Part shown: one piece after another, positions 13,991 through 27,027 of the stretch
Numbering within the stretch: position 1 is the stretch's first letter
Layout: every line of letters begins with the position of its first letter
From: Girardia tigrina
Lineage: Eukaryota
NCBI GenBank assembly: GCA_001938485.1
Contig: MQRK01248821.1
Span: 43,171 to 95,113 of the forward strand
Length of the DNA: 51,943 bases
Direction of reading: 5' to 3'
Position numbers and translations under genes: made by a program
The notes under the pieces: model-generated
Database searches by the model: none
The model's input: only the letters and a program-made list of their open reading frames with translations
What the model was told of the DNA's origin: nothing

Positions 13991-16916
13991 ACAAGGAAGC
14001 CCAAGAAATTTTGGAGACTGAAGCACTCTGTCTCCGTAGGAGGCCTATCGGGGGGGCAGCTAGCTCTCTTTAGTTTTGGTGGACCCTCTAAATAGCCTAG
14101 TGGCTCAATACTATTCAAAAGAGATGGGAGGCCCACATCGGAGAGACAAATCGTCATCTCAAAACCCGGATTAGCGAGCACTAGCAAATGAGTCGATTGA
14201 GTAAGGTTCTTGATCATTGGTTATGTTGTAAGGATAGAACCTCATCCATTTCAAAAGATGAGTTTTCTTTTCTACAAAAGGGATTTGATTCACATTACGA
14301 ATGATAGTTTTGTGAATCTCTACTAATAAGACACTTCAACCCATCAATTAACATTCAGAATGGGCAAAGTAAGGTTATTTCAATACTTAAAATTTTTAAT
14401 TAAAATATTTTTACCATTATTACCCAATGATACTTTAATAAATAATAATATTTAATTTTCACTATACCTTTTAAAGTAAATGTATCCAGTAAGATTGTAT
14501 TATTAAAACAATTTAATATTCATATATTAAATATCCGAAAATTGCTGATGATGATGTATGTAAACATCGATACAAGTCCAATAATTATTATATAAAAAAA
14601 GCTTTAATCAAATTATATTTTCAAAACATTAAACTTGCGTTCACAAGACTCAATAATATACATATATATATTTTAATAAATTATTTTAATTTAATTTTAG
14701 AAAGTTATTTTGAATTTTTGAATATTACATATGTATTAGAGTAGAAATCGTTTTTTTTGTTATCGATTATAATTTGTATAAATAATATACATATATATAT
14801 ATATATATATACAAAATGATTAAATTTTTGTTGGAGGTCAAACGGGTTGCTTCCGTAATTTAATATTGTAATTTTACAATTTTTGTTTTTATTTTTGAAA
14901 TTTATTGGAACAATTACAATCACCGATGTAAGAGACATCGAAACATATACAATAATAATATTGCAAAGCACAAACGTCATGTAAATTATACTACAAAAAA
15001 TTTTAATAAATACATTAAAATAGCGAATTCTCATTTTTAACATCTTTCATGTTTGACAAGAAAAACCATTTTTTATTTAAAGACAGATAATTACTTTCTC
15101 TTGAAACCATCTTTGATTCCATGAGCTAACCATACTCAAGTAAGCACTCATTACTCACTTCATAAAATAATAATTGACTTAATTGAATAACTCTAATGTG
15201 AAAACTACTTTACACTAATAACAAAATTATTGAATTAAGATATTTGCTTGGAAAATAATTTTCAAACTAAGTGAAGTTTTTAGTTTCTCATATGTGTCAA
15301 AATCATTTTGAGATAATAATAATATTATTATAAAACAAACATTAAAGACAGCGTCAATTTTGTGTCAATCAGTCCTTTAATTTATGTTCATATGTTCCTG
15401 GCCGTACGATAACAGCCTTGATAATCATCTATGTTAATAAAGGTAATTATTAATAACTGCCGTCGTAAAGTCAATGCCATTCACAACATATCTGTGAATT
15501 TCTGTCTCACGATTGCCACTTACACAAATCAGTGTGAATGAAGTTACACCGTGCACTGTGACACTGGCGTCAGTAAGAACACTTTCTTCCAACACAATGA
15601 CCCTGCTCATCGACTTGAAGGATTCTGCGCTGCACATCAGACGACACCAACTGTGATAATAACTGTTGTTCATAATCATCATCATTGTTCTCTACCTATT
15701 TAGATTTTATGATCAATCTTCATTTGACTGATCTTATCTCTTCATTTTTATGTCTTTCGGTATTTTAAATCTCGGCATGGGTTTTTCGGAACTAACAATT
15801 TTATTTGATATAGAGTTATTTTGCTTCGATATTTGCTGAATAGAAAAATTGGAAGTAAAATTAAAGCTATACACAAAAGATATTTATTAAATTAATTTTA
15901 TTTCAAATAATAATAACAATATTAATTTTACTAATAATAATAATAACAATAATAATAATAAATTATAATATTTATATGAATCACAAAATCAATAAAAAAA
16001 ACAAACGAAAAATTAATGTTTTTGTAATTGATGATGTTTTTATTGTTACTATTTGTAATAAATGTAATTAATTTTTATTTATAATGACTGTTGAAATTTA
16101 AACAAATATTTATTTAATTCTGTTGTTTCATTTTACATTGAAAGTGTTAAACGGTTCCTTGCGCTCAGTTTGATTATAATGATGAGGTCGATTGGTTTTT
16201 TGGTCTAAGGTCGCACTTCAAGAGGGTGTTACCATGTACGACTGTCGCGGGTGAAAGTTATGGGTTATAACACTAAGGAATAAAAAGGTTATAATATTTT
16301 TCGATAAACCATAAAGGTTACTGGTTGAAAATATGATTTTTTTCATAAAAATAGAATGTTAATGAATAGAATGAAATAGATATTATTATAAGAAAATGAT
16401 GTAAATCCAACATTTAAATCAAACCAAAATGGATGATAAAAAGGATAAAATAATCAAACGAAAATATGATAGTATTTGTAGAATAAAATATGTACCCTAA
16501 ATAAGATTTTTTTGTGTTATTGTATTATCGGTAATTTGTTCCGGCATAAGAAATGACTTCTTTCGTTATTGGTATAACAATTTGACTTTCGAATGATAGT
16601 GAATAATTTAGATGGTGCTGGATTGACGCCACTAAATGTTTGTATTAATATTTTGGTAGGTTGAGCTCCGTTGAATTGAGCAAAGATTGTCTGTGTGATC
16701 ATAGCAATATAATGATCGGATAATTATTTCAACAAATTTCCTTTTATTAATATTTTGTTTTAGATGTACTTATAATTTTATCACTGAAAGTAATTCTGAT
16801 AATATTTTAAATCAGAAAATTATAATTAATCATTTGTCATGTTCACAAGAAACATTTATCTCTCCAATTCTATTATTTATCACTTTACCTGGGTCGAAAA
16901 ACCATTACTTGTAAAA

Positions 16917-17016
16917 GGGAACCTGTTACATTAGTAACTTGTGTTAAGCCAGTCGAACCTCCTCGTGATGTACCTGGAAAACTATGGGGTCTTTAACCCT
17001 CTAGGCTAAAGAGTCC
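16917..17016 (+). ncRNA. Degenerate HDV-like ribozyme heading a ~250-bp GC-richer element (to ~17170)
   Basis: ACC-TCCTCGT-GAT (P3/L3), GTACCT-GG (P1'/P1.1), P4 hairpin CTATGGGGT..ACCCTCTAG, J4/2 GCTAA and P2' AGAGTC. The 5' strand of P2 appears deleted, and P1 and P3 carry mismatches. Confidence 0.55.
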
Positions 17017-18864
17017 GAAGGTTGCCTTTGTTAGAATTACCGATCAGCACAATATTAGTAGCATAGATTTGCAACTAAGCGGGGTTGTAGAATACATGTA
17101 ATGGCGGGGCTCCTAATCACTTGAGTGCTTCGGTATGAGATAACGACTCAGGCTCCTAAAAGTGTAACATCTTCCAATACACACAGAGAAATTAGCAGAA
17201 TTTAGAAGTGATAAAAGGCTTGTAAATTAAATCATGATAATTGTATTGAAAAGAATGATAGTCAGGAAAACAAAAGGAAGACCGGATTTGTGTAAATTTT
17301 TCTATATTATGAAGTATTTAAGAAATTTAAAAATTCTATAAAAAAGACAGATAATTTATCAAAATTAAATTCTGTTTAGCAAACACACAAAAGTGAAAGA
17401 ATGTTTAGGAATGAATATGTTAACTCATTTGGCTTGTGCTTGCTTTAAGTACAACAATATTCATTAGAAAAGGCAAACTGTCACAAACATTGGAAAGACG
17501 CCTCTTTATCTCTGCAAACTAATCCAAGTTCGCAATCAAATTTATGGTAGAATTAACATCGTCGAACAAAGAAGGAAATGTAAAAGTAATTTTGAAATCA
17601 AAACTTCTTAATTTCTGTTCCAATTTCGAAAATTCCTGGGAGAGTGTAGCGTATGAAACGTTATTAACTAGGTCGCACAATCCTAAATTTATGTTCAAAC
17701 AATTCTTTCAATCACTTTATTCAAAAAAATTATCTAATAAATATTTTTTTTAAATATGATCACAATTGGTCCTTACATAAAAAATAATCGTTTTAATCCT
17801 TATTTGTTTCGTCTAATGATGACAAATGGTCCGTCGAAATTCAATAATTCAAATATTTAAAGCTATTTAAATTTATTTATTTTTTACATTTATTGTTTCA
17901 ATTAAACTAAAAAAATATTTTTCCGAAGCCAAGTTCTTTTGAAAGTCGCAATTGTTTTTAAATGTGAAAGGAATAACTTTTGGAATATTTTATCTTTGAT
18001 CTAAAAATTTATACAGAAAGATAAATAAAATCTATTCATAAAAAAGTATTTTAATGAAAAGAAATTTTATTATTTAAATGAGTTTTTTTTAATCGAAATT
18101 AATTGAAATTAACACAAACAAAAGACATTATTATAAATATTCCATCATAAAATTTGATAATATAATCCATCTGCGGGGCCAGATTATTTGTAGAATTAAA
18201 AAATAATTAACAAAATTTAAATGCCTTTAGCCATATCAATTAATTAATTAATTTTTTATTTAAATCCTTTGAAATATTTCCACCCTTATAATTTGCTCAA
18301 CTTGATAATTTGTCAACAGTACAATTTGATTTTTATTTCCTCATTAATATAAAAATAAGATATAAAAACTTTCTTGTATTTATATTTACATCATAGCACT
18401 ACAATGAACTTTAATTTTTATTATATATGTATATATAAACATTATTCCAAAAAGAACGAAACAAGATTCAACACGGTCATAAAGTCATCTCATAATCATC
18501 ACTAATTACAAGTTTAGACGGTTAATATATTTAATGATGTGAAAGCGGTAAAATAATAAACAATAATTACAACTTCTTTATCTACTGCTGATCCACACTC
18601 GAAAACATTTCAAGACTCATCAAAGTGGTATACATAATGATCTGTACAACATTTAACCAAACATTAGTGACAATTATCATTAAATAATAAAAATGAGTCA
18701 ATTTTTGAAAGTGTTTTCTCACGTTTTCAACAAATTAATTAAGATTTGTTTTGAGTTCAATTGTTAAATATTAATCTACTGCATTTGGTTTGGTATAATC
18801 ATGGGAGCAAGTCAGGGGGTGGTACCATGGCCATCGATTGCCTGTATATTTCTTTGATGATATT

Positions 18865-20256
18865 TCAAGAATCCATGTAAGGTCTAAACGTAATTTCTGA
18901 TTTCTTCATTGTTGAAATGCTACAATTGCTGGACTGTGAATTGTATGGCTGTAAATCAGGTTCTTGTTGTCCAAGAAAACATCGAGGTGTTGGAGGAATT
19001 ATTAATTGAGGACATTCAATAGGAAAATGAGACTTCATAACTGGTACATGCGGCATTGCTGGGATCTTGTGGTACGGAATTAATTTATTAGTACTCATAA
19101 ATGCAGCTAAAGCTGTTTCAGTTGATATTGTTTCGAATTTCGAAGTCGTTTGAACTGGAGAATGACCAAATTGAGAAGTAAAATTGTAATAAGCTCTTGC
19201 ACTATCGAGTAGGTACGAGTAAAGAAATGGATCTGAATCTAGAAAGAGTCATAAATAAAGATAAAATATTTTAAAAATCGATTTGCTTGTATATAAAATT
19301 ATTATTTATATATTATCACTCATACGTATAAATAATGTATAATAATTACTAATAAAATTGATTACTTTCTTTAAAACATAAAATCTTTTTTATTTAGGAA
19401 ATATCTATAATATAAATTATATTTTATTTATTAATTTCTAGCATGTCACTTTGAGCAACAGAAAATAGCAATTAAATAAATAATTATTTCTATTGTTAAT
19501 CAACATATTATTGCCCTAGCTTGCTCTGTATTTGTTCCCTTATCAATCACTACACGGCTTACATAAAACCTCGCCCAATTGATAATTAACGAAGCAAATA
19601 GTCTAAGCACTTGTTACTCCGTTCAATTGTTTTTATGGCTGTCATAACTTCTATTTATGCTTGATTGAATATTTATAACTATATCTCAAACCCCTCCTCG
19701 AGTAATTATTAATACAACCAGATTTTCTGGTAATAAAACTCAGCATATTTGTACAAATAACCTCTAATTATATTTTAGCACTTGTGTAGAATGGAAAATA
19801 AAGCATTTATCTTGGCTTATGTTAAATAGAAATAACTGAGAAACTCACTGGCTAATATTTGCGGTATATTTATTGTCGTCAGTTGGCGCTTTTCTTTCAT
19901 TCTACGATTCTGAAACCACACCTGTAACGAATATAAATTTAGCAGTTTGACAGTGTTAATTCTTACCTTAATTGTGGATTCTTTCAAACCTAATTCCTTT
20001 GCCAATTCTGTTCTTTTGAGTCGCGATAAATATTTTTCTCGGCGAAATTCTTGTTCGAGTCTGTTTATTTGATTTCTTGAATAATTCGTCCGGTAACGTT
20101 TCATTTGATCACTGTTTTCATAAAAATCTATGGAATGATTATCTCCATTTTCATCCCCAGAGGTTGATTTATTCATATCAGCTTAAATACAACACTTAAG
20201 TGTCATTAATTAAAAAAAAATAATTACTTACTCATATGTGTTGAATTAGTTTGCAT
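18865..20256 (-). CDS. evx: Even-skipped (Evx) class homeodomain transcription factor, ~228 aa; exons 20256-20232, 20181-19967, 19921-19849, 19238-18865
   Basis: Homeodomain [46 protein letters not shown]|[13 protein letters not shown] has the Evx signature (RYRT, [18 protein letters not shown]) and an intron between codons 46 and 47, as in Evx genes. A downstream DPFLYSYLL resembles the Evx post-homeodomain motif. All introns are GT-AG with consistent phases (25+215+73+374=687 nt). Confidence 0.88.
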
Positions 20257-20294
20257 TACAATTTTATATGATTAATAATAATTATTGATTAAAA

Positions 20295-20390
20295 TAGGTT
20301 TATATCGACCAATCAATGAAATACTGAGTCGGCGACGAATTTGATTGGTTGGTTAATTGCATCGCTGAATGATCACTATTGGCTCACACG
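20295..20390 (-). promoter_or_regulatory. Putative evx core promoter (TATA plus CCAAT boxes)
   Basis: Minus-strand TATAAA at ~20299-20304, about 45 nt upstream of the ATG; CCAAT/ATTGG at 20309, 20344 and 20378. Confidence 0.5.
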
Positions 20391-21167
20391 ACCGACAGTT
20401 CGTATTGATTGAAGTTTCAACAATAAATATTTTTATAACTATTTTTTCCTTTACTTTGATTATATTTTTTTAATTGCATAAATAATAAAAAATAATTTAT
20501 TATTTCTTGTTTTCAAGTAATTGAATATCTGTTAAAAAAATAATACTAATTAAGAAAATTATATATTTTACTTTATTTATTACATTAAATATATGGAAAT
20601 ATTAAATATATATTATTAATTAATCAGTTAAAAATTAATTTTTTTTAAATATAATGGAAATATTTTTGTAATAACTATTCTAGTTTTAGTGGTGATTACC
20701 ATATACTTATTATATTATTTATGTTTTCTATGTATACAGTAAGTAATCTACTTACGAACCGAATCTTTGAGTAAACGAACCTTTTGGATATTCTGTTTCG
20801 AGCTCTACATAGACTTATTTTCGAGACATGAACTTACTGTGAGTAAATAAAGAAATACAAAATGAAATACAAAGTTAATGTTTTACACAGTAAATGATTT
20901 GAAAAACATTAAAAACAGTTTTACTACTACAAAATTAACACATAAAAAATAAATAATGGAAATTATGGCAAATAAATCAAGTTTTAATTCATAAAGCAAG
21001 TTTTAATTCGTTTGAAAAATAAAACAATATTCAGAAAAAAACTATTTTCATAATATTTTACTGATGAACATAGTATTTGTAGAAGTGGTCTAAAAAATAA
21101 AAAAAAAGAATTGAATCAAATCATAAAAGAAATTAAGAAAGAGATTATTGATACTTGAAAAATAAGT

Positions 21168-21292
21168 TACAATCTATAATAATTTATAATCTATAATTCA
21201 CAATTGAAAATTTACAATTTATAAATCATAATTTGCAATTTATAATTTATAATTCACAATTTATAATTTTTAATTTACAATTCATAATTTTA
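21168..21292. repeat. Degenerate 7-bp tandem repeat (ATAATTT/ACAATTT)
   Basis: Repeated ataattt/acaattt/ataattc units. Confidence 0.7.
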
Positions 21293-24059
21293 TTTAACCG
21301 CAACTTTTTCCTTTATAATTAAAAAATTAAATTTCAACCATTTATATTATAATTAATTTAAAATGTAAGACTAACTATAATTTCTATTATCTTGTAAATT
21401 ATTTTAGTATATGATCTTAAAATCTATTTTAATAATCTTAATTGTTAATTAATTTATAATATTTTATCGTTGTGATTCTTTTTTTTAATTCGAAAATCTA
21501 AGAGTTATTCCAATCTTCAAAGCACTGATTAACAATATTTATAAAAAAATTAAATATTTATGAATAAACAGTGCGAATTTTCCTAACAACCTAACTTATT
21601 TAATAATCCACTGCAATTATGAGATAATCTTTTCTATGAGATTATAAATCCTTGTACTCCTAAAGTTTTGGTAATTGTTAAGTTTTCCATTAACAAATAG
21701 TTCAAATAGTTCATTTTAATATCAATAAATTGTTCGATTTTGTATTATGATTTAGGAAATTATTTTCTTATTTCTATCTTCCAACACATTTGAGTTTGAA
21801 AATGAAAAATGAACATTTAGTTTAATTGTGAGAAGGTTCGAAAATCATAATGTATTTTTATTCCAAATAATATTAATGTATTATTCTCCAAAAATATAAC
21901 TCAATTATTAAAGTTTTATCTGTTCTGATCATTGATTATTATACCTATACATTTAGGGGTAAACTTTTATAGATTCTTCTGTAGACTTCGAAGATGTTGC
22001 GTAAAATGTTACAATCATCAATTTTTTCTCCAAAAATGTCAATGAATTATATGAAGAAATGAAAGAGAACAACCTTCTCTTAAACAGACTTGCTTTGGCA
22101 TCTTTTTTAATCTGGCTAAGAGTTGTTATATATCAATTATCACTTCGTGTTTAAATGGTTTTCATTTTCAGATGTAAACAATAATATAAAAATATGTTAG
22201 ATACATTTTAAAATCATTTTGAACTCCATTAAGTATGTGAAACGGTAGGAGTCTTATACTGTACAAAAGTTATCCTTATTCGCATCTGTTGTTTGAAACT
22301 GATTTTATTACTAAAGCAATTAGCTTGAACGTTCTCACAACAAAACTTACAAAGACATTTAACCAAAATCCCATTACCTTATGAAAGATTTTATCTCGTT
22401 GGATTTTGACATTATGGAATAAGGTTTCTATGAGATAAAAAGTAAGTAATATTTCTTCTATTATGTCTATAATTCTATATTAAAGTTATTTTAACATCAT
22501 TTTCCCATTTATTTACAAGAAGTAGCAGCCCTTAAAAATTTTACACATATTATTGGGGTCAGGTAATGATTGTTGTCTTACTGATAGTATATATTCATTT
22601 TCTAAATTTATATTTAATATAAATTCTAGATCTTTCTTCTTTAGTTTTGATCCGAAAAATATAATTTAAAAGTATATTTAAACATTTTCTTTTCTTTTAC
22701 AGTTAATTTTCCCAGTGATCTCGCTTGCAGATTTGCCGGTCTCACAGTCTCTTTTGAAGAAAGAATGTTTCAGTGACAAATTTCTTTCAAAAATTATTTT
22801 TGCTTAGATCCAATATTGAAACATGAAAATTATTTTTATTAATTTACTTACAGAATTGCAATTATTCACATTGAATATATCTGTGATATTTAACAGTGAA
22901 TATAAAAATCTCATGTCAAATTATGTCCCATATAAAATCAATTCTGTTTTTTTATTTTATTTAATAAAAAAACAACTAATCCGTCGGTCAATATATCTGT
23001 GGATTTTGACACTTATGAGAGCATTTCTTTGTTTGCAACGATTTATCTTAGCCCCATCATGATATACACGGTCAATATATAATTGTCATTTGAAACCTTA
23101 TCTTATCCTGGAGCACTCGTTAAAGTGCTAAATGCCAAGAAGAGCCTAACCATTTTATTACTAAATAATTGCTCTGCAAGTGCGGCGTCACACTGTTGAT
23201 GAAGTGCGAATGACTTTGCATTCATTTGACATATCATTAACTGTCCGCATTCGCATATGTTCCTCGCTTACTGCAATAATAATCCACAGCGATCCCACAT
23301 TGGTGGTACAAATTATATCAAGATTTATATCTAATTTATTGTTATAACATTGACGCTCACATGAATGCATCATATTGTAGTATTTAGTAAGTTAATTATT
23401 ATTGAAGCATGGTCATTTAATCTCTATTTAATAGTTTTTATTTATGGGAGGATTTCATGTAATTTCTAAATATTAAATAAATCGTTATATATATATATAT
23501 ATATATTTGAAAAATAATTTTGTTAAAGCTTTTATTAAGAAATTGATTATTGAACATGATTCGGAATTTCGTATTCTATCAATAGCAATTATAATTTAAT
23601 ATTTGTTACTTTTAATGTTCGTTTTATAAAAAAGTTAGTTTTGAGAGAATTACTTTTTGATTTATTTTAATTATTTAAGATATTATTGGAAAGTAAAGGA
23701 AAATTGTTTTTTAAAATTTAATGAAAGATATCAAAATTTGAAACGGCATTACTTATTTATTTTGAATGTTTATTAATGGATTGTAGCGTCTTATCAATAA
23801 TGATTCCGAGAAATGCCGCTCATAATGAAAATCAAAGCATTATGTAAAACAGAAAAATCATCCTTTCTATTCTATATTTACAATGTAACCAATGATCAAG
23901 AACCTTAATCGATCTACTTGATTGTGAATTCTCACTAATACGGATTTTGAGATGACTATTTGACTCTCTAACGTACAAGTTTTTACACCAGTGACAATCA
24001 AATTTATACTTACAGACTGTTATTTATAACGATGTGGATTACATAATTTATTCAAATTA

Positions 24060-24950
24060 AAAAAACTATTTCATTATTTTTGAAGATTAAACGTAAAAGA
24101 TTAAACGTATTTACCATCGGAATAAATTATTCATGGGGTATCGATGAATAAAATATTAAAGAATCGATTTCTTTTTACCTTTCAAATTGGATTCTTTATA
24201 AACATTTGAAAGTTAAGTATATGAAATCAAAAAATCAATTAAAGTATGAAATATATTTAGGACCTTATCGGTTTTTTGATCGTAAAAGATGATATTTGAA
24301 ATAATAGTGATGTTACAAAAAAAAACAATATTAAATCACTTGATCAAATTGTTAAAGTGAAAAATTTGAATAAGTTGAATGAGTTGAAGGAAAAGAAGAA
24401 ACAAAAGCGTTTGGATGCTTGTTTGAAGATTTTTCCTCGCTATTAATGGGATCACTTTTTGAATCAAATCGTCATTTGGGATGACAAGTTTATCAAATAT
24501 GATAAAATTTAAACGTTCATCAAGTTGGGTTGACACGAATGAAGTACCAAAACACAGCCCGAAACACAACATTCATCACAAGAAACTGCTGGTTAGTATT
24601 TGTTGGTCTGCCTCAAGTGTAATCTATTATGACTTCATCGATCACAGTTGATATCTACTGCAACCAACTAGAAAATATTAAAAAAATCAATCGCGTTTGG
24701 TAAATAGGTTGACTCTCATCTTGTTCCACGAAAATCGAAAATCACATAGTGAACTTAATGCAATGACTTTGAGTTGGAAATTTTGCATCATTCTTGATAC
24801 TCACCAGACCTCGATAGCCTCAAGTGACTACCATTTGCTACTCGAATTAAACTTTATTTTTGATAGGAAACTAGTAAATCAAAAAATTAAATTTTTTATA
24901 TCTATTCTTTATGCAGTCAGAACTTTACTTTGCCAACAAAGTTTTTAAAA
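24060..24950 (+). pseudogene. Degenerate mariner (DD34D-type) transposase
   Basis: KTILNHLDQIVKVK, NQIVIWDDKFIKYD (compare IVTGDEKWI.YD), KRSSSWVDTNEVPKHSPKHNIHHKKLLVSICW, LVNRLTLILFHEN (compare ILLHDNA), SSDYHLL. Confidence 0.85.
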
Positions 24951-25208
24951 TTTAAAAAATTTAAAAGATTTTAATTAAAAAACACATTAAAAATTAATAT
25001 AAACTACTTATAATTTATAAGTTTTGCAATTAATATTGTTCGGGAACTCCGAATTTTCCCATTTTGGGATCTTAAAAAAATTTTTTCGATGAAATTTTTA
25101 CATAATCCTTTATTGTCATCAAGAATGAGTAAGTGTACAAAGTTTGAAGAAAATCGATTGAGTAAAAAGCCTTCAAAAACAGATTTCTAAATTACATGAA
25201 TACATATA

Positions 25209-27027
25209 TATACCATTTCCAAGCCATTAGTATAATTTTCCAAATCATTAGTATAGTTTTCCAAATGAAAAGCATAATTTTCCAAATCATAAACATCTTT
25301 TAATTATTTTAAAAAGTAATATATTATTGTCAATTTAAGTTGAGAATTTGTCATGGAGAATATAAAATAAAAGATTTAAATATATATTTATCTTATTATT
25401 ATACTATAATTCGGTTCACCATTCTAAATATATCTAAATCTCTTTTCGAATATCTATAATATTTATTTATATATTCTTTTAGTATAGACAATATAGATTG
25501 TATGAAGATCGTTTCAAAAAAATAAGAATAATAAGATAGACAGTTATGTGAATCATTATTGATATATTCACCATAATATTATATGATTATCATTAAAATT
25601 TGACAAAGTTGTGTAATATCTTATAACATAATATCTTATAACATTGTGTAATAACATAACATAAAACTGAATAAAATAATATAAATCATTATAATAATAA
25701 TAAATATAGCACTCGATATACTATTTTATAATATCAAAAAATTAAGAATATTCAAAATATATTATTTATTATTACACCACAAAATGTACAACTAATAAAC
25801 TAATAAACATTTCAAAATATATTTTAATTAACATATCACTCCAGTCACCGCTTTTGCAATATTCACCACTGTCCGCATCATGTAATAACTGCATTCAATC
25901 TCGGTAACCTTACCAACTGCTTCCATTATTAGACTTCCTAGAGTTCTTTCACCTCCGAAACCGGACCCAAGCAAACTTCTTACACATTTCTTAATCTTTG
26001 AAAAAACATTTTCTATTGAATTAAGAATATATGAATAGGGGATAAGAATTTCATAGACAATCCAGAGCCAGAAAGTATTCCCTCAAGATCTATTCTCCTA
26101 TGGATTCTTGTATATCCATTAAAATATATTCTTTTTTATATTTTTTTTATAAATTTCTTTATAAAATATATATATTTTTTTTAAATATGCTAATTGTGAG
26201 GAATATTTTAAATTTGGTATGTTGAATTTTGTATGTTGAGTTTAGTATTTGGAAATGTGTTTCTCCCACCCAGATGGAAAATTGATATTTTAGATGTTCA
26301 CGATAAATNNNNNNNNNNNNNNNNNNNNNNNNNNNNNNNNNNNNNNNNNNNNNNNNNNNNNNNNNNNNNNNNNNNNNNNNNNNNNNNNNNNNNNNNNNNN
26401 NNNNNNNNNNNNNNNNNNNNNNNNNNNNNNNNNNNNNNNNNNNNNNNNNNNNNNNNNNNNNNNNNNNNNNNNNNNNNNNNNNNNNNNNNNNNNNNNNNNN
26501 NNNNNNNNNNNNNNNNNNNNNNNNNNNNNNNNNNNNNNNNNNNNNNNNNNNNNNNNNNNNNNNNNNNNNNNNNNTTAATACTAAAACTACAAAATTTGAA
26601 CTTTAAAAATAAAATTAGAAAATAATGAAAAATTTGTTCGAATAATTGTTTATTAACAAACATTAACAAAAAATTATCAATTTAGAACGATGTTGAATGA
26701 CGAGAGTTTTGCTGAGAATTGTCGAAAAGACAATTCTGATTGTATTGAAAATAAAAGTTTTAAAACCCATGTTGGTGTTCTTAATATGGCGACCACGCCA
26801 TTTTCCATCTGGGTGGGAGAAACACATTTCCAAATATTAAACTCAACATACAAAATTCAACAAACCAATTTCAACATACCAAATTTAAAATATTCCTCAC
26901 ACTAATGATTTAGAAAATTATGCTATTGATTTGGAAAACTATACTAATGATTTGGAAAACTATATTAATGTTTTGGAAAATTATACTAATGATTTGGAAA
27001 ATTATACTAATGGCTTGAAAATGGTAT
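25209..27027 (-). mobile_element. Tc1/IS630-like element with terminal arrays of 21-bp subrepeats; internal transposase remnant at ~25850-26110
   Basis: TACCATTTCCAAGCCATTAGTATAATTTTCCAAATCATTAG... (25211-25290) is inverted relative to 26902-27027. The minus strand reads MKFLSPYSYILNSIENVFSKIK (compare FLxPYSPxLNPIE.F). Confidence 0.75.
26195..26901. mobile_element. Nested fold-back/MITE with ~90-bp TIRs (contains an N gap)
   Basis: tgtgaggaatattttaaatttggtatgttgaa...ggaaatgtgtttctcccacccagatggaaa is the reverse complement of 26802-26901. Confidence 0.7.

Noticed and set aside
15434-15840. Possible exon(s) on the minus strand downstream of evx
   Set aside because: Stops in all plausible frames and no recognisable homology.
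21600-22800. Possible decayed transposase on the minus strand
   Set aside because: Could not recover any convincing motif by eye.
26233-26669. ORFs of 94-130 aa in the track
   Set aside because: Artefacts of the N run.
26902-27027. 21-bp periodic array as a possible CRISPR
   Set aside because: Tandem units without unique spacers, inverted copy at 25.2 kb, eukaryotic context; explained as transposon ends.
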